Source of the DNA: a virus
Taxonomy: Duplodnaviria > Caudoviricetes
DNA: 64,000 nt
IMG/VR virus record: IMGVR_UViG_3300035499_000517
Location: 32,001 to 96,000 of that record
Strand: one strand, 5' to 3'
The notes beneath the pieces were generated by a model, which was not told the DNA's origin, searched no databases, and was given only the letters and a program-made list of their open reading frames with translations. The position numbers and the translations under genes were made by a program. Positions 18,273 to 27,888 of the stretch are shown piece after piece. The first letter of the stretch is position 1, and every line of letters starts with the position of its first letter.

Positions 18273-19007
18273 ATGAGTAGACAAAAATACATACGGATTT
18301 ATGTGAATGGAAATCACATAAGAAGTACTGGAGCTGAACGATGGTATAGAGACATGGTGCTTGAGAATCTTGGAATGATCAATTATGATCCGGAAACATA
18401 TGACCCCCAACGCATATTACGAGAGATGCCAGCTACCGTTCTTAGAGGAATTTTACCGGATTATATCCCGGAGGTTAATGCCGCGCGGTTTATTGTTTCT
18501 TGTCATTTGATCCAGAGAAACTCCAGTGGAAAACATGTAAAACGTGTATACAGTACACCGTTTAATATGAATCTTGAAAGAGATGATTCTAATTGGAGAG
18601 GTTTTAAAATTGTCATTACTCCTCCAATTGAAACAACTGCAGAAGCTATTAGGATGGTCAATGATAAAGATGAGATATTTGCTGAAAATATTGGAAAGAA
18701 GCCAGATCGTCTTAAGGATTACCGCTTTTATAACTACTTCTTCCAAGTAGATCAAAAGAGGCTGGATCCTATTGTAAGTCTTGAGAAAGACTGGCTTTTG
18801 GTTACAGTTATGACAAAACAGCAATATGATGGTAAACAGTTAGCAAATAAGATCCGAGAAGCATTTTATAAAGGTATCGAAGAGCAGGATGGAGCTGCTT
18901 TTACAGATGATAAAAGTTTCAAGGATTACATAGTAAAGACGGTCAATAATATATTAGGTGAAGATGGAATATGTAAAGTCATCGATCCGAAAACTGTTGA
19001 CCTTTAA
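18273..19007 (+). CDS. Hypothetical early protein
   Basis: AAGGAG RBS before ATG 18273. Confidence 0.7.
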   Translation: MSRQKYIRIYVNGNHIRSTGAERWYRDMVLENLGMINYDPETYDPQRILREMPATVLRGILPDYIPEVNAARFIVSCHLIQRNSSGKHVKRVYSTPFNMNLERDDSNWRGFKIVITPPIETTAEAIRMVNDKDEIFAENIGKKPDRLKDYRFYNYFFQVDQKRLDPIVSLEKDWLLVTVMTKQQYDGKQLANKIREAFYKGIEEQDGAAFTDDKSFKDYIVKTVNNILGEDGICKVIDPKTVDL

Positions 19008-19018
19008 GTTACAAAGAG

Positions 19019-19786
19019 GTGGATGAAATGTATGAACGTACAGATCAATATGTAATTGAGCGTGAGTTCATTCATGCAGGATTACGTTGTTTAGTTTTAT
19101 TCAATGTAGCAGGGTTTCGTTGTGGCTACGTTGGAGTAGATAAAGATCATCGATTATTTGGTAAGGACTATTCAGATCATCTTGAAGATAAGGTAAAAGA
19201 TGGTGATAAAGCGTATAATGTCAACGAGGTAAGTTTTCTTGACTTATTACAATCCCTTACTGATGGGAGCCCAAATGAGACGATAAACTCATTCTTCTAT
19301 GTACATGGAGGCGTCGATTTCTCGGATTACTGGCCGACAAAAGAGAGTAAGTATGCAAAAGATGGATTGTGGTATTTTGGATTTGCTTGCAATCATATCA
19401 TGGATGTACTGGATGCTGACTCATTGGAGAGGTATTTTCCAAATACAGATCCTGGCGAAATCGTAATGCTTCAAAATATCATTAATCAGATGAGTGGGCT
19501 TGATGCTTCTGTAAAGGATGCAAACTTTGTAGAAGAGCAACTGCGAAGTTTAGCAGAGCAATTACAAGCATATGAATATCAGTTTGATCCAGATCATGAT
19601 CCATCTGATGTAATGGATTATATGGCTTTTGTAGCTCCAAAAGCACGTCATATTATCCAGACTGCAAATGGATTAAGTCCAGATGAAATTATTCATCCGG
19701 AGTTAGGAAAAGTCCTCTTTAGTCAAATGATTATGGTTCATGTTGATGAAAAGAAGAAGAAAAGAAAGAAAAAGAAAGGCAATTGA
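19019..19786 (+). CDS. Phage protein of the CGYV..VHGG..GFxCxH type, probably metal-binding
   Basis: FRCGYVGV, VHGGVDFS, WYFGFACNH motifs; poly-Lys tail. Confidence 0.65.
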   Translation: MDEMYERTDQYVIEREFIHAGLRCLVLFNVAGFRCGYVGVDKDHRLFGKDYSDHLEDKVKDGDKAYNVNEVSFLDLLQSLTDGSPNETINSFFYVHGGVDFSDYWPTKESKYAKDGLWYFGFACNHIMDVLDADSLERYFPNTDPGEIVMLQNIINQMSGLDASVKDANFVEEQLRSLAEQLQAYEYQFDPDHDPSDVMDYMAFVAPKARHIIQTANGLSPDEIIHPELGKVLFSQMIMVHVDEKKKKRKKKKGN

Positions 19787-20226
19787 TAAAGGGGGTTGTT
19801 AAGGTGAGGAAGAGTTATATCAACTATGATTACAGCGATCTTTACAGACTATCGGATGATGAGATCAAGAAGAGAATTCATAAGTGTGAAAAGGAATTAG
19901 AAGATGCTTATGATATCCTTTTTCGAAGATGTGATCCGTTAGAAGATGGTGAAAAAGAGTTACAGAAACCGGAAAGTGATACCTCTGATTTCCATAGAAT
20001 AACATGGCAACTACAAGCAGGTGTCAGCAGGTTATACTATCAGAACGTCTCTCAATTCAATACTACCAACATTCTGATTCGAATTCTTTATGAAGAGAAT
20101 CAACTTCGCTTACTTAAGAAAGTAAAGAAAGACAAGAAGAAACTCCGGAAGATGGAAAAGAGACAGGAAGAAGAACTTGAAAAGTGGGAGGAGGACAATG
20201 AGGATAAAGATGAAGGAAAGGAGTAA
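19783..20226 (+). CDS. Hypothetical protein
   Basis: ORF within the early operon. Confidence 0.6.
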   Translation: MIKGVVKVRKSYINYDYSDLYRLSDDEIKKRIHKCEKELEDAYDILFRRCDPLEDGEKELQKPESDTSDFHRITWQLQAGVSRLYYQNVSQFNTTNILIRILYEENQLRLLKKVKKDKKKLRKMEKRQEEELEKWEEDNEDKDEGKE

Positions 20227-20232
20227 TATGGA

Positions 20233-20517
20233 ATGGCAAAGCCAAAAACAACTGGATCAAAAGGAGACATTTGGAATATAAAAGCAATCGATGCCCAAAT
20301 TGATGCTTTAAAAAGTTCCTTAAATGCTTTAAAAGGTGTCTGTGCAACAGCACAAGGTAGTTATTGTGAACCTTATGGAACTTGCAATACAGCAGATAAT
20401 TTAGCAGCTTTAGCTAGTGCACAGATTACAGTCATTGAAAATGAGATTACGTTCTTAACATCGATTAAGAAATTGATTACATCAATGGCTCCAAATATGT
20501 CTTATTTTGATACCTAA
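20233..20517 (+). CDS. Hypothetical protein
   Basis: AGGAG RBS; 94 aa. Confidence 0.6.
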   Translation: MAKPKTTGSKGDIWNIKAIDAQIDALKSSLNALKGVCATAQGSYCEPYGTCNTADNLAALASAQITVIENEITFLTSIKKLITSMAPNMSYFDT

Positions 20518-20546
20518 AAACACAGTATAAATTGGAGGTGTATATT

Positions 20547-20900
20547 ATGTCAGATAATCCTGTTTTTAATAAAAATTATGACGAGGTTCTTGGTAATCGT
20601 CCAATAACTGAGTCTGATAAATTTGATAATGGATATCTTTGGAAAATGAGCATGAAATCACTCGATAAATTGATAGAGGATTGCAAGCGTGGACTGGAGA
20701 AAGATAGAGAAAAGATCTGTAAAATGGCTTCTGATTTTAAAGCCTATCAAGAATCACATGATATAGATTCTGAAGGTAACCCATTTGAAGTAGATTATAT
20801 TCTTTTGATGTCACATTTTGGAGATTCTATGAGAACCCTTGATTTCCTTTTAGCAGTAAAGAAAGATCGGCAGTTAGATGGAGTTTCAACAAAGGTGTAA
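20547..20900 (+). CDS. Hypothetical protein
   Basis: GGAGG RBS before ATG 20547. Confidence 0.65.
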   Translation: MSDNPVFNKNYDEVLGNRPITESDKFDNGYLWKMSMKSLDKLIEDCKRGLEKDREKICKMASDFKAYQESHDIDSEGNPFEVDYILLMSHFGDSMRTLDFLLAVKKDRQLDGVSTKV

Positions 20901-20951
20901 ATCCATACAAGTCACATTCTCATAAAATAAAAGGAAAGGAGGAAAGAGACC

Positions 20952-21350
20952 GTGAAAAAGAAGATCGTAGGAATTATCTCAGTCCTTATCTTACTTTGTG
21001 CATTGGTTACAGGTTGCTCTGAAGCAGAGCGGGTTTCGTATAACCTCTCTCAGGAAGCAGACAACTTCAATGTAGTAAGACAGCTTACGGTGATCAATTG
21101 TATTACCGGTGACACGTTATTCCAGATGACTGGAAAGATGAGTATCACTGCTGACACGGAAGACGACCAACTCGAAATTATCGTGGAGGACGAGGGAACT
21201 TATGTGAAGCATTTTGTTGGGTTAAGTGATAACGTAACTTATGTTGTCGAAGATTTGAACCTTGGTTCAAATGAAGTTTCGAAGTATCGATACACGTTAA
21301 ACTTCAATCCCAACATGTGGATCCCTGTGGAAGCAGATGTAATCGATTAA
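20952..21350 (+). CDS. Phage lipoprotein
   Basis: MKKK + hydrophobic signal + LVTG-C lipobox. Confidence 0.75.
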   Translation: MKKKIVGIISVLILLCALVTGCSEAERVSYNLSQEADNFNVVRQLTVINCITGDTLFQMTGKMSITADTEDDQLEIIVEDEGTYVKHFVGLSDNVTYVVEDLNLGSNEVSKYRYTLNFNPNMWIPVEADVID

Positions 21351-21373
21351 TAAATGAGAGGCAGGTATTTCTT

Positions 21374-21685
21374 ATGGAAAAACCTATTTTCGATGCTGAT
21401 GTGAAACAGGATTGGATGAGGAAGGTCAGAGAGTCTGACCTTCCCTTTATTATCCAAAATTCGAAATTACATCTCATCTGTAATAAAAATATTTATCATG
21501 CTCCACTTCAGAAATGTGATGCAAGATGTCGTCCAGATGATCATTGCATGTGGGGTATTGATTATGATTTGCTTAGAAATATGCAATATCACAAAGAAAA
21601 CATGTGTCCAATTTTATACGAAAGAGTATTGGAGCATTTGGATTATTTATTTGAAATTGGGTATTTGAATAGGGAGGAAGATTAA
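21374..21685 (+). CDS. Hypothetical protein (Cys/His-containing)
   Basis: ATG 21374 after GAGG/CAGG; operon context. Confidence 0.55.
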   Translation: MEKPIFDADVKQDWMRKVRESDLPFIIQNSKLHLICNKNIYHAPLQKCDARCRPDDHCMWGIDYDLLRNMQYHKENMCPILYERVLEHLDYLFEIGYLNREED

Positions 21686-21686
21686 A

Positions 21687-22148
21687 ATGATAGATGTAAC
21701 TTATGGATATAGAAGTGAATTACCTTTTGGAGACGGAAGAAGAGATTCCGTCTCCGTTGTTCGGCATGAAATCTTTGAACTGGGTAATGATGATATCATG
21801 GAAACTTTGGTAAAGACAATCTTAAAGGGTCAACCAGAGGAGAAAGAAATTAACGAAATGATTGAACGTCATCGTCGTGGTGAGTATAATCAACTCGACC
21901 GGTTACAACAGAGAAGGTTTGTAGGGATGATGCTTAATGCAGTTGCGCGGGTTACAGGAAAGCGCGTAAATGCAGTCCTTTGGCTTTGTAAAGAAAAAGA
22001 CGATGTATACAGGTATGATCTTAACCCGAGCACTATGACAGATGATGATATTGATAAATATCCAACATCCGATGTCATCCTTTCTGATTGTGGAGAGGAT
22101 GGATGCTTGTATGCTTATGAAGATTTACCGGATAAAATAAGCAGATAA
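21687..22148 (+). CDS. Hypothetical protein
   Basis: GGAGG RBS. Confidence 0.65.
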   Translation: MIDVTYGYRSELPFGDGRRDSVSVVRHEIFELGNDDIMETLVKTILKGQPEEKEINEMIERHRRGEYNQLDRLQQRRFVGMMLNAVARVTGKRVNAVLWLCKEKDDVYRYDLNPSTMTDDDIDKYPTSDVILSDCGEDGCLYAYEDLPDKISR

Positions 22149-22163
22149 ATTGGAGGATTAATT

Positions 22164-22421
22164 ATGTTGCTATCACCAGGAGTTGAACGAGAGGGTGTTA
22201 TTACCTGTCGTTATTTTGATCCAGAGGTTTTTGTTCCAGGGAGAGTTTATGATGTTTGTGATAATCATGAATTCATACCAATGATATTACACAGTAGATC
22301 GGATGAAGAATTGGTCTTTGAGTACCCAGGTACAAGGACACTCTGTGTAAAGACAATTACGTTGGATCAATATTTACGGAAAGGTAATAGAATTGTAAAG
22401 ATAACCTTTCACAAACTGTAA
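22164..22421 (+). CDS. Hypothetical protein
   Basis: GGAGG RBS. Confidence 0.6.
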   Translation: MLLSPGVEREGVITCRYFDPEVFVPGRVYDVCDNHEFIPMILHSRSDEELVFEYPGTRTLCVKTITLDQYLRKGNRIVKITFHKL

Positions 22422-22426
22422 TTTCA

Positions 22427-22440
22427 TTTATATATTATCT
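22427..22440 (+). promoter_or_regulatory. Early-type phage promoter motif
   Basis: tttcatttatatattatct; part of a 33-bp exact repeat shared with 33170-33202. Confidence 0.72.
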
Positions 22441-22478
22441 TTCTAGTATCGATAAAAAGAAATGTAAAGAAAGGTGGT

Positions 22479-23456
22479 TTGTCTATGGCTAGTGAGTCAA
22501 AGAAACGATTAAAGGAACTGGAAAAGAGTGAGAAGAAGGCAGGTGATATTTATGCCGTAACGGAAAAGAAATCAAAAGGGAAGCGAATCAAAGGAGAGGC
22601 TTTGTATACGATTTCGTTAAGTAACTTCTTCTCACATGTGTTTGAGATGATTCTTCTTATCAATAATATTGATGAGGAAGAATACATCGATAGTGATTAT
22701 GGAATGATGAAGCGGAATATCGTTCTCAATAAGAAGTTTAAGAAGCTCTCGGATTTGGATTGGGAAAATGCTTATCCGATGGAGAATCCGGAGTTTCGTG
22801 GGAAGTTTGCAACGGTATATCTATTTCATCTGGTAAGAGAAGTAAATCGCTGGATCAAGAAGACGCAGCTGTATTGTTACAAGGACAAGAAGAAGTACAA
22901 AGTGTACAACCATCTTCTTGACAATATCATCACAAGATCCGATTTGTTGATTGTTGGAATATTGACAAAGGACTTCTCGTATGCAGAACCGCTTCAGGCA
23001 ATGACACAGATTCTCATCTTATCCGGTGGATATGATGAAGAGATCTTAGAGAAGCTGGATACAGCAATCAAGTTCTTGGAAGAGCAGTGTACGGATCCGG
23101 ATTTGGATGAAGGCATCATCTTGAATAATATCATGAAGACAGCTTTCATGTTAGCAACACTCACATTGAAGTTTAAGAAAACCCCGGAATATATTGAAGG
23201 GGATTATCGGGACGATGATGAACTGATGAAGAAGCAGCTTGGGCAGCTTGGATATGCAATTATGCATTCACAGTCCAAAGGAAATAAGAGCTTCTTCTAT
23301 CGAATCATGGTAGAAGCAAATCCAGCGATCGAGACAAGATTTGAAGATATTGCTGATTTCCCGGAGATTAGTGTCGCCTGTCAAGCTTTGGAATTATTGG
23401 GTCTTTATATGGATAATCCGGTAGTTTCAAGGTACATTGATACTATGATCCGATAA
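22479..23456 (+). CDS. Hypothetical alpha-helical early protein
   Basis: 325-aa ORF with GAAAGGTG RBS. Confidence 0.7.
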   Translation: MSMASESKKRLKELEKSEKKAGDIYAVTEKKSKGKRIKGEALYTISLSNFFSHVFEMILLINNIDEEEYIDSDYGMMKRNIVLNKKFKKLSDLDWENAYPMENPEFRGKFATVYLFHLVREVNRWIKKTQLYCYKDKKKYKVYNHLLDNIITRSDLLIVGILTKDFSYAEPLQAMTQILILSGGYDEEILEKLDTAIKFLEEQCTDPDLDEGIILNNIMKTAFMLATLTLKFKKTPEYIEGDYRDDDELMKKQLGQLGYAIMHSQSKGNKSFFYRIMVEANPAIETRFEDIADFPEISVACQALELLGLYMDNPVVSRYIDTMIR

Positions 23457-23462
23457 TTTGAT

Positions 23463-23503
23463 AAAGAAGGGGTTTTCATGTCTCGCCCCTTCTTTTTTTT
23501 TTT
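23463..23503 (+). terminator. Intrinsic terminator
   Basis: aaagaagggg/ccccttcttt stem followed by long T-tract. Confidence 0.75.
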
Positions 23504-23524
23504 GTCTTTTCTTATTATCCGTAT

Positions 23525-23536
23525 GACAAACCATTA
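23525..23536 (+). promoter_or_regulatory. Late-type promoter motif GACA-N6-TA
   Basis: gacaaaccatta. Confidence 0.55.
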
Positions 23537-23562
23537 ATACGATTTATAAGGAGGATTTAAAC

Positions 23563-25095
23563 ATGAATCAAAGAGAAATTCGTGAAGCAGATGAGTTACT
23601 GAAGTCTGCGAAAGAAATGGTGGAAACCGAACGTGAATTGGTTGAGGGTTCCATAAAAGATTGTGGCTATGATCCGGAGAAGATTCGTGAGTATGTCATC
23701 GAGCATCCGGTTGCTCATGAAGAAGAGACGACTGAGAATACAGATGAGACTCCGGAGATTTCTGAAGGTACCGAGGAGGACCTGGAAGCAGCCATCAAAG
23801 AGAATCAGAATAAGTATAAAGAAGAAACAATCGCTGGATACACAGAGCTTGTAACTGGGCAGTTTAAAGATCTTTCTGTTCTGTTATCTCTGGATTCAGG
23901 AGTCGTTATCGAAGAGAATGACGACAATAAGAAAGATCTTGTTGATGCTCTCGTTGGAATGGTAGAACTCATTGAGTCTGAAAACGAGATCAAAGACCTC
24001 CAGGCAAATCTGAATGAGGAGTATGATAAGTATCTTGATTATCTGGCTTCTCCGGAGTACAGTGCACTTCAGGATAAGAAGATTGAAGAACTGTCTGCTC
24101 GTTTGGAAGAGCTTGAGAAGTCTGAAAAGAATCAGTATGTAAACATCAAGAAGCTTAAGGCAGATATTCGCCTGTTGAAGGGTCGTTATGATTTCAGCTT
24201 CATGGATAACCGTGTTACCATCGAAAATGAGATGGAAAACTTCTTCAATAACTATCGCAGCAATTATGTGATTGAGAAGTTCACCTCTAAGTGTAAGCAG
24301 AGCAAGGTGAATCCGGATGTTTATCGTTACTTCTTCAATATTGAGGAGAAGTTCTTGGATGAGCATTATCATCCATTCAACAACCTCTTCCTCTTCTACT
24401 GTATGAGATGGATCGGAAACGCCGATGCTACGAAGCAGAGAGATGAGATCAAGCTAGTATTTAACATCTTAACAAAGATCGTGTACAACAAGTTCCCGAG
24501 TGAGGAAGCTCGCCAGAGTGCATTAAATGCAATCATGGCACATCATGATGCTTACATCGAAGCAGGTTACACAGAGAAGTTCATCGAGAACAACACTTCT
24601 TATCCAAATCATCCGGTTCGTCTTGAGAAGGAGAGACAGGCTGCTGAGAACTTTAAAGATGTTGCAATTAGCAATCTGAACAAGGAGTTCAACACAGTCC
24701 TTGACAGAAGCAAATACGATGATATGAGTGTAGATGATCTTCATCAGTACACCATTCTTTTAAAGAGTCTCAAGAATGACTTCAGTGTTGAAGTTACCAG
24801 CGAGATGTTCGATATGTCCTTAGATGAACTGAAAGAGATCTGGAACCAGAAGTCTGAGGAAAAAGCAAAAGAAGCAGAAGAGAAAGTACAGGTTAAAGTA
24901 GCCGATTCGGATGAAGAGCAGACTGAATCCAATGATGAAGATGCAGAACCATCTGATGATCCTGGAGATGCTACAGAGGAAGCATCTGATAATGCTGAAG
25001 TTCCGGAAACAACAAAAGAAGTTCGTGAGATCAGCGATTCCTTTGCTGTTCAGGATGAGGTTACAAAAGTGACAGAAAATAAAGGGGAGGAATAA
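23563..25095 (+). CDS. Acidic coiled-coil hypothetical protein
   Basis: 510 aa; AAGGAGG RBS. Confidence 0.75.
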   Translation: MNQREIREADELLKSAKEMVETERELVEGSIKDCGYDPEKIREYVIEHPVAHEEETTENTDETPEISEGTEEDLEAAIKENQNKYKEETIAGYTELVTGQFKDLSVLLSLDSGVVIEENDDNKKDLVDALVGMVELIESENEIKDLQANLNEEYDKYLDYLASPEYSALQDKKIEELSARLEELEKSEKNQYVNIKKLKADIRLLKGRYDFSFMDNRVTIENEMENFFNNYRSNYVIEKFTSKCKQSKVNPDVYRYFFNIEEKFLDEHYHPFNNLFLFYCMRWIGNADATKQRDEIKLVFNILTKIVYNKFPSEEARQSALNAIMAHHDAYIEAGYTEKFIENNTSYPNHPVRLEKERQAAENFKDVAISNLNKEFNTVLDRSKYDDMSVDDLHQYTILLKSLKNDFSVEVTSEMFDMSLDELKEIWNQKSEEKAKEAEEKVQVKVADSDEEQTESNDEDAEPSDDPGDATEEASDNAEVPETTKEVREISDSFAVQDEVTKVTENKGEE

Positions 25096-25096
25096 T

Positions 25097-25744
25097 ATGC
25101 CACGGGGGAAATTTATTGTATTCGAGGGCATTGATGGTAGTGGGAAATCCACTACCATGAGCCTGTTAGAGGGAAATCTTAGCAGTAGGTATGGAAATCA
25201 CTTTCTTTGCGAAGAGGAACCAACCCATAATTCAGTTGGACAGATTTTTCATCAACTTATGACTGGGGATCTCCCATTTGATAATGAGGTAGCTGCTGGA
25301 TTTATTTCGATGGATCGATATGATCATATCGTTAATCCAAATCGTGGGCTTCTTAAGAAAATCAATGAAGGGAAAACTGTACTCGAATCTAGGTATACCT
25401 ATTCAACACTCGCTTATAATATGAGCGATGTTAGCAGGGATTATTTGGTGTATCTTCATAATAAATACAATCAGATTTTAAAACCTGATATTATCATTTA
25501 TCTTGATATTGATCCAGAGCTTGCTTTGGAAAGACTCAGCAGGCGGAATAGATCTGAAGAGGTCTTTGAAAAGCTTGATACATTAAAACAGATCAGGGAA
25601 AATTATCTGAAAGTATTTTCAGAGTTTGGTGAAAACGATAACATCTATTCGTATAGTATCACAAAAGATACGCATGTTTACGATGTTGTGGAGGATTTAA
25701 TTCCAGTAATTGAGAATTGCTGTGGCTTTGGGTCCTATCGTTAA
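25097..25744 (+). CDS. tmk: Thymidylate (dTMP/dNMP) kinase
   Basis: GKFIVFEGIDGSGKST P-loop; EEP; KPDIIIYLDIDPE; ESRY in place of DRY. Confidence 0.88.
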   Translation: MPRGKFIVFEGIDGSGKSTTMSLLEGNLSSRYGNHFLCEEEPTHNSVGQIFHQLMTGDLPFDNEVAAGFISMDRYDHIVNPNRGLLKKINEGKTVLESRYTYSTLAYNMSDVSRDYLVYLHNKYNQILKPDIIIYLDIDPELALERLSRRNRSEEVFEKLDTLKQIRENYLKVFSEFGENDNIYSYSITKDTHVYDVVEDLIPVIENCCGFGSYR

Positions 25745-25794
25745 TACCAATATAACTAAATAAAAAACTGAATAAAGAGGAAAGAGGGAAAACT

Positions 25795-26214
25795 ATGCTT
25801 TACAACTTACAGTCTTTACTGCAAAAAATATATTATAAATTAAGGTATAAATTAAACGATAATTCTGGAAAGGCGATTTGTGTAAGAAATACAAGTCGTG
25901 CAGTAGACGATGAGTTGTTAGAATTAGTTGTAAAAGAGGCAATCAGAGACGAGGAGAATCCCGTTGTAGTAGTTGGAGAAATTGGCGTAAAGAGAAAGAT
26001 TATGTATCGTATGCGCCAAGTTTTAGCAAGTAGTGGGAAGGAGAAAGATTGGTTATCTCACTATAATCGTCTCCAGAGAGTGGTGTTATTACCAGATGCA
26101 AATTTATCCGGTTATAGATATATTTATGTCGCTCACATGACAAGCTATCAATTAAGCAGTATAATTCTTGACAACCCATCCCTGAAAATCAAGAATGGAT
26201 TTTACTTTTATTAA
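25795..26214 (+). CDS. Hypothetical protein
   Basis: 139-aa ORF with GAGG RBS. Confidence 0.6.
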   Translation: MLYNLQSLLQKIYYKLRYKLNDNSGKAICVRNTSRAVDDELLELVVKEAIRDEENPVVVVGEIGVKRKIMYRMRQVLASSGKEKDWLSHYNRLQRVVLLPDANLSGYRYIYVAHMTSYQLSSIILDNPSLKIKNGFYFY

Positions 26215-26264
26215 TAGAGAGAAGCAAGATGTCTTTACGATGTCTTGCTTCTTTTACACCCTTG

Positions 26265-26276
26265 GACATTAACTTA
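26265..26276 (+). promoter_or_regulatory. Late-type promoter motif GACA-N6-TA
   Basis: gacattaactta, after a terminator hairpin. Confidence 0.55.
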
Positions 26277-26294
26277 AAGAAAGGAGTGAGCATT

Positions 26295-27557
26295 ATGCAG
26301 CAGAATACTTCATATTTTGATTTAGACGAACACCGTCTGAATTATATGTCCGTAATGGCAAGTAGTGCGCATACTTATGGAAACTTGCTTGCAACAGTAC
26401 AGAAGTGGTTTCTGGATATTTTTCCGGATAACTTTTTTAAGACGATTCATGTAAGCTCAAGAATCGCCCATAAACAGATATTATCAACACCAACCCAATT
26501 CTTAAAGAAATCAAAACCAATGATTATCTTTCGTCCAAGAATTGATTACAACGAGGATACATTCTTAGGGAAAACGATGTTTGTTGAGAGAATGGGTGGA
26601 GGACCAATCAATAGTCAGTCTCCAGGAACTGTAGATTTGAATCCCTTCTTATTTGATCCAGAAAGGAATTTAGAGGTACAATTCTCTCAGACAAGAAGGA
26701 TTATGTACATGGATATTACGATGGTATTTTCTACACTAATCCAACAGCTTAATTATATGGATTTCTTAAGAACACAATTTGTTCCGGGGAGACCATTTGA
26801 TATTGATACACACTTGGAAGCATATTTACCAAATACTTTTATGGAAACGCTTGGAAATTTAGCAGGGGTTCCAGTACATCAGAAAGATGGGTCAGTTGGG
26901 GATTTCTTAGATTATTTGAATGGACATTCCTATTTCCCAGTTACTTATAAGCTTGCTGGAGAAACAGGAAAAGAAGAGTTCTATCGGTATTATCCGGCAA
27001 AGATTTTTACTATCTTACAGGATTTGGATAAGGATGATGGAGAATCAACGAATCAGGTAATGACATCATACCGAATTACCTTATCTCTCAAACTAGAGTT
27101 CTGGTCTCCGTCTATCACGTATCTTTTTTCTCCACATATCAAGGAAATACCGAAGATGGAGATTCCAACGGATTCCACATTGATTCCAATTTATGCAGAT
27201 ATTTTTGACTTTGATGATTTGGAGTTAAACCCTGGATGGAGTGTGTATTCACATGCATCTTATCGACTGGATAAACCAAACGATTCAGTTGATATCAAAC
27301 CGATCTTAAAGCAATCAATTATACAGGCGATCGATTATCACATTTCAAATCATATTCCGCTTGTAAACTTGATTGATATCAGGGTAAGAAAACAGGGAGA
27401 TTTATTGTTGGAAGGATCAGATTATTCCATTGATTATGAAAAGAAAGTGGTGCAGTTTTATAACCATGATTATGGTTATTACACATACACAATTGTGATT
27501 ACTGTTGATACTCAGTATATCAACCAGCTCATTAAAGATGTCTTTCATTTAGAGTGA
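26295..27557 (+). CDS. Putative virion structural protein
   Basis: AAGGAG RBS before ATG 26295; late motif upstream; beta-rich composition. Confidence 0.5.
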   Translation: MQQNTSYFDLDEHRLNYMSVMASSAHTYGNLLATVQKWFLDIFPDNFFKTIHVSSRIAHKQILSTPTQFLKKSKPMIIFRPRIDYNEDTFLGKTMFVERMGGGPINSQSPGTVDLNPFLFDPERNLEVQFSQTRRIMYMDITMVFSTLIQQLNYMDFLRTQFVPGRPFDIDTHLEAYLPNTFMETLGNLAGVPVHQKDGSVGDFLDYLNGHSYFPVTYKLAGETGKEEFYRYYPAKIFTILQDLDKDDGESTNQVMTSYRITLSLKLEFWSPSITYLFSPHIKEIPKMEIPTDSTLIPIYADIFDFDDLELNPGWSVYSHASYRLDKPNDSVDIKPILKQSIIQAIDYHISNHIPLVNLIDIRVRKQGDLLLEGSDYSIDYEKKVVQFYNHDYGYYTYTIVITVDTQYINQLIKDVFHLE

Positions 27558-27558
27558 C

Positions 27559-27601
27559 AAAAGAAAGAAGGTAGAGGTTTGCACATTCCTCTACCTTCTT
27601 C
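27559..27601. terminator. Bidirectional intrinsic terminator
   Basis: 13-bp perfect stem aagaaggtagagg/cctctaccttctt; the better U-tract is on the minus strand. Confidence 0.8.
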
Positions 27602-27817
27602 TAAGCCCGGTGCGCGAATTATAGCAAAAGATTCTATTTCACACGTTCAAAAAATTAACTGTTTAGGAGGGTTTTCATCATGAGTAATTAGGTTGTCCAA
27701 CAGGAGACAACTTTTCGGACACTTTACCATATCATGAATCATTCAAAAAACTACATGAAAAATCAATGTACCAGAGTCAAACTAACTAATACAAAAAGGA
27801 AATAAGCTCCGGGCTTT
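27602..27817 (-). ncRNA. Candidate late-expressed structured non-coding RNA (~215 nt plus terminator)
   Basis: AACA-N6-TA at 27828-27817; 5' AAGCCCGGAGC pairs with 3' GCACCGGGCUU; terminator immediately downstream; no plausible protein ORF. Confidence 0.65.
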
Positions 27818-27828
27818 AACTTTTTGTT
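27817..27828 (-). promoter_or_regulatory. Late-type promoter motif AACA-N6-TA driving the candidate ncRNA
   Basis: aacaaaaagtta on minus strand. Confidence 0.6.
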
Positions 27829-27849
27829 ATCGCTTTATATTTTAGGTAA

Positions 27850-27861
27850 AACTGAAAATTA
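27850..27861 (+). promoter_or_regulatory. Late-type motif variant AACT-N6-TA
   Basis: aactgaaaatta upstream of sbcC. Confidence 0.4.
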
Positions 27862-27888
27862 ACGAGGAATTAGAAAGGATTTGATTCG

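Noticed and set aside
27680-27805. TAG-readthrough ORF (MSN*VVQQ...) suggesting stop-codon reassignment
   Set aside because: TAG terminates clear genes (recombinase, capsid) and long genes are intact under code 11; there is no sign of recoding.
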